From a virus (taxonomy: Duplodnaviria > Caudoviricetes): DNA of 64,000 nucleotides. Positions 62,858 to 64,000 of the stretch are shown here, piece by piece (the first letter of the stretch is position 1; each line of letters begins with the position of its first letter). The DNA lies in IMG/VR virus record IMGVR_UViG_2619619029_000002, positions 12,785 to 76,784 of that record; one strand, 5' to 3'. The translations under genes were made by a program, and so were the position numbers. The notes under the pieces were generated by a model, which saw only the letters and a list, made by a program, of their open reading frames with translations, was not told the DNA's origin and ran no database searches.

Positions 62858-63102
62858 CGCGCGACCACTCAACGTCACTCGTGCAACTGGAGCAGCATCG
62901 GAAGTGCGCGTACTTCCACCAGAATCAACAGGCGCCAACTCCCGCAACTCGTCGGATTTCTCTAAAAAAATGAAGGCCTTGGGCTTGCGCCGCGGACAGA
63001 GCGAATCCTGACTGCCTGACAGTCATTACCGCCACGCAATTCCAGACGCGCGAAAGCGAACGTGTGCCGCTCCAGCCGGGCGGCTCCCACACTGCGGGCG
63101 CA

Positions 63103-63139
63103 GGCCCGGAGCCTCGGCGTCTCCGCCGCGCTCCGGGCC
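63103..63139. terminator. GC-rich hairpin downstream of the pesticin-like gene
   Basis: GGCCCGGAGC / GCTCCGGGCC 10-bp inverted repeat. Confidence 0.45.
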
Positions 63140-63157
63140 GTGTTCGACGCAGCGGGC

Positions 63158-64000
63158 TCAGCTCAGGGTCGCGATGCCCTCGCCCAGCAGATCCGCCTCG
63201 CGGCCACGGCGCGACGGATAGCGGTCACCGAAGTCCTCCAGGTTGGCCTTCGCGTCGTCCCACCGCTGCTCCGTCACCTGCGCGAAGAAGTTGGGCGTGG
63301 CCGTCTTCAGCGAGCCGTACTGGAAGCCCACGGAGGCAATCACCGTCTGCATCTCCCGCGGCAGCTCCGCGAACTTCGGCCGGCTGCCACCGTCCGCGGC
63401 GTTCAGGCGCTCGACCTCGGTGTTGTACTCGTTGACGACGTTGTCCAGCGCCTCGCCCTTCACGGCCCGGTCCAGCTCCTTGACCTCTTCCGCCGTCAGG
63501 TTCAGCGGGTTCTCCGCCAGGAAGTCCGCGGCGTCCTGGCCCTTCTTGCCCAGGTAGGGCTCCAGCTTCGTCTTCAGCGCGTCCGACAGCCCCAGCCGGT
63601 CCAAATCGTTCATGTCCCGGGCGCCCAGGTCCACGCCCGTGCCCACCGTGACACCGCTCTTGCTCCCCGTGGCGTCCGGGACATAGCCATCCTGTACCGC
63701 CCGGCCCTCCTGCTCGGCGATGAAGTCCCAGTCGACGTCCGGCTCCGTCGCGGCGGCAACTCCGCCCTCCGGAGCCACGGCCTGGGCCTCGACCGCCGGT
63801 TGCGACTGCTTCGCCGCGTGGGCGGGCCGCGAGTCCCAGCCGTCCTTCACCGAATAGCCCTTGGCCTTGTTCTGCTCGGGCTGCCGCGCGTCCTCGCGCC
63901 GGTTCGTCTCATTCCGGAGGCCGCGGGCGGAGTCCCCTCCCGACACCCGCGATTCCCGCTGGGAGCTTCTTGAAGACGAAGAGCGATCGATTCCAGTCAT
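63158..64000 (-). CDS. pesticin C-terminal-like muramidase
   Basis: DWDFIAEQEG...GYVP..SKSGVTVGTGVDLG..PYLGKKG..QTVIASVGFQYG..RRGREA; ATG lies at the window edge. Confidence 0.88.
   Translation of the reverse strand: MTGIDRSSSSRSSQRESRVSGGDSARGLRNETNRREDARQPEQNKAKGYSVKDGWDSRPAHAAKQSQPAVEAQAVAPEGGVAAATEPDVDWDFIAEQEGRAVQDGYVPDATGSKSGVTVGTGVDLGARDMNDLDRLGLSDALKTKLEPYLGKKGQDAADFLAENPLNLTAEEVKELDRAVKGEALDNVVNEYNTEVERLNAADGGSRPKFAELPREMQTVIASVGFQYGSLKTATPNFFAQVTEQRWDDAKANLEDFGDRYPSRRGREADLLGEGIATLS

Larger units (their letters stand above)
1..62950. mobile_element. Siphovirus-type prophage (lambda-like tail module), probably myxobacterial; left end lies outside the window, right end approximate
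   Basis: Contiguous terminase-portal-capsid-tail-lysis gene order, plus replication and early genes with tight ATGA/GTGA coupling. No integrase or att site seen. Confidence 0.93.

Noticed and set aside
62940-63150. tRNA or att core at the right boundary
   Set aside because: No cloverleaf recognised, and no matching direct repeat found in the window by eye.

Overview
The window is almost entirely one large (>62 kb) GC-rich siphovirus-type prophage. The host is probably a myxobacterium; this is inferred from the high GC content and the lipoprotein-toxin, AHH/Imm11 and pesticin cargo. A minus-strand arm runs from about 62.9 kb to 9.8 kb in this order: early and DNA-modification genes (PP2C phosphatase, DUF6884-DpdB/DGQHR fusion, LexA-type HTH, ASCH, DUF1643, C5- and N6-methyltransferases); a replication initiator with an internal iteron cluster; a sigma-like late activator; terminase, portal and capsid; a lambda-like non-contractile tail (tube, G/GT frameshift, tape measure, M-L-K-I-J, fibre); lysis genes; and a third methyltransferase. 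A plus-strand arm of small accessory genes (1-9.5 kb) converges on it and continues off the left edge. No integrase, CI-type repressor, tRNA or CRISPR array was seen. Most notable observations: (1) three copies of the tape-measure 3' end delimit a stacked cargo array of toxin/immunity, antirepressor and candidate defence genes; (2) tail protein I is fused to a Hint/BIL domain right after a Gly-Gly, and a stand-alone JAB isopeptidase sits between terminase and portal; (3) an orphan DUF6884-DpdB fusion lies beside repeat-expanded methyltransferases; (4) the phage encodes a PP2C phosphatase. All product calls come from motif recognition by eye, without database searches. Several start codons were re-picked from RBS and overlap evidence.
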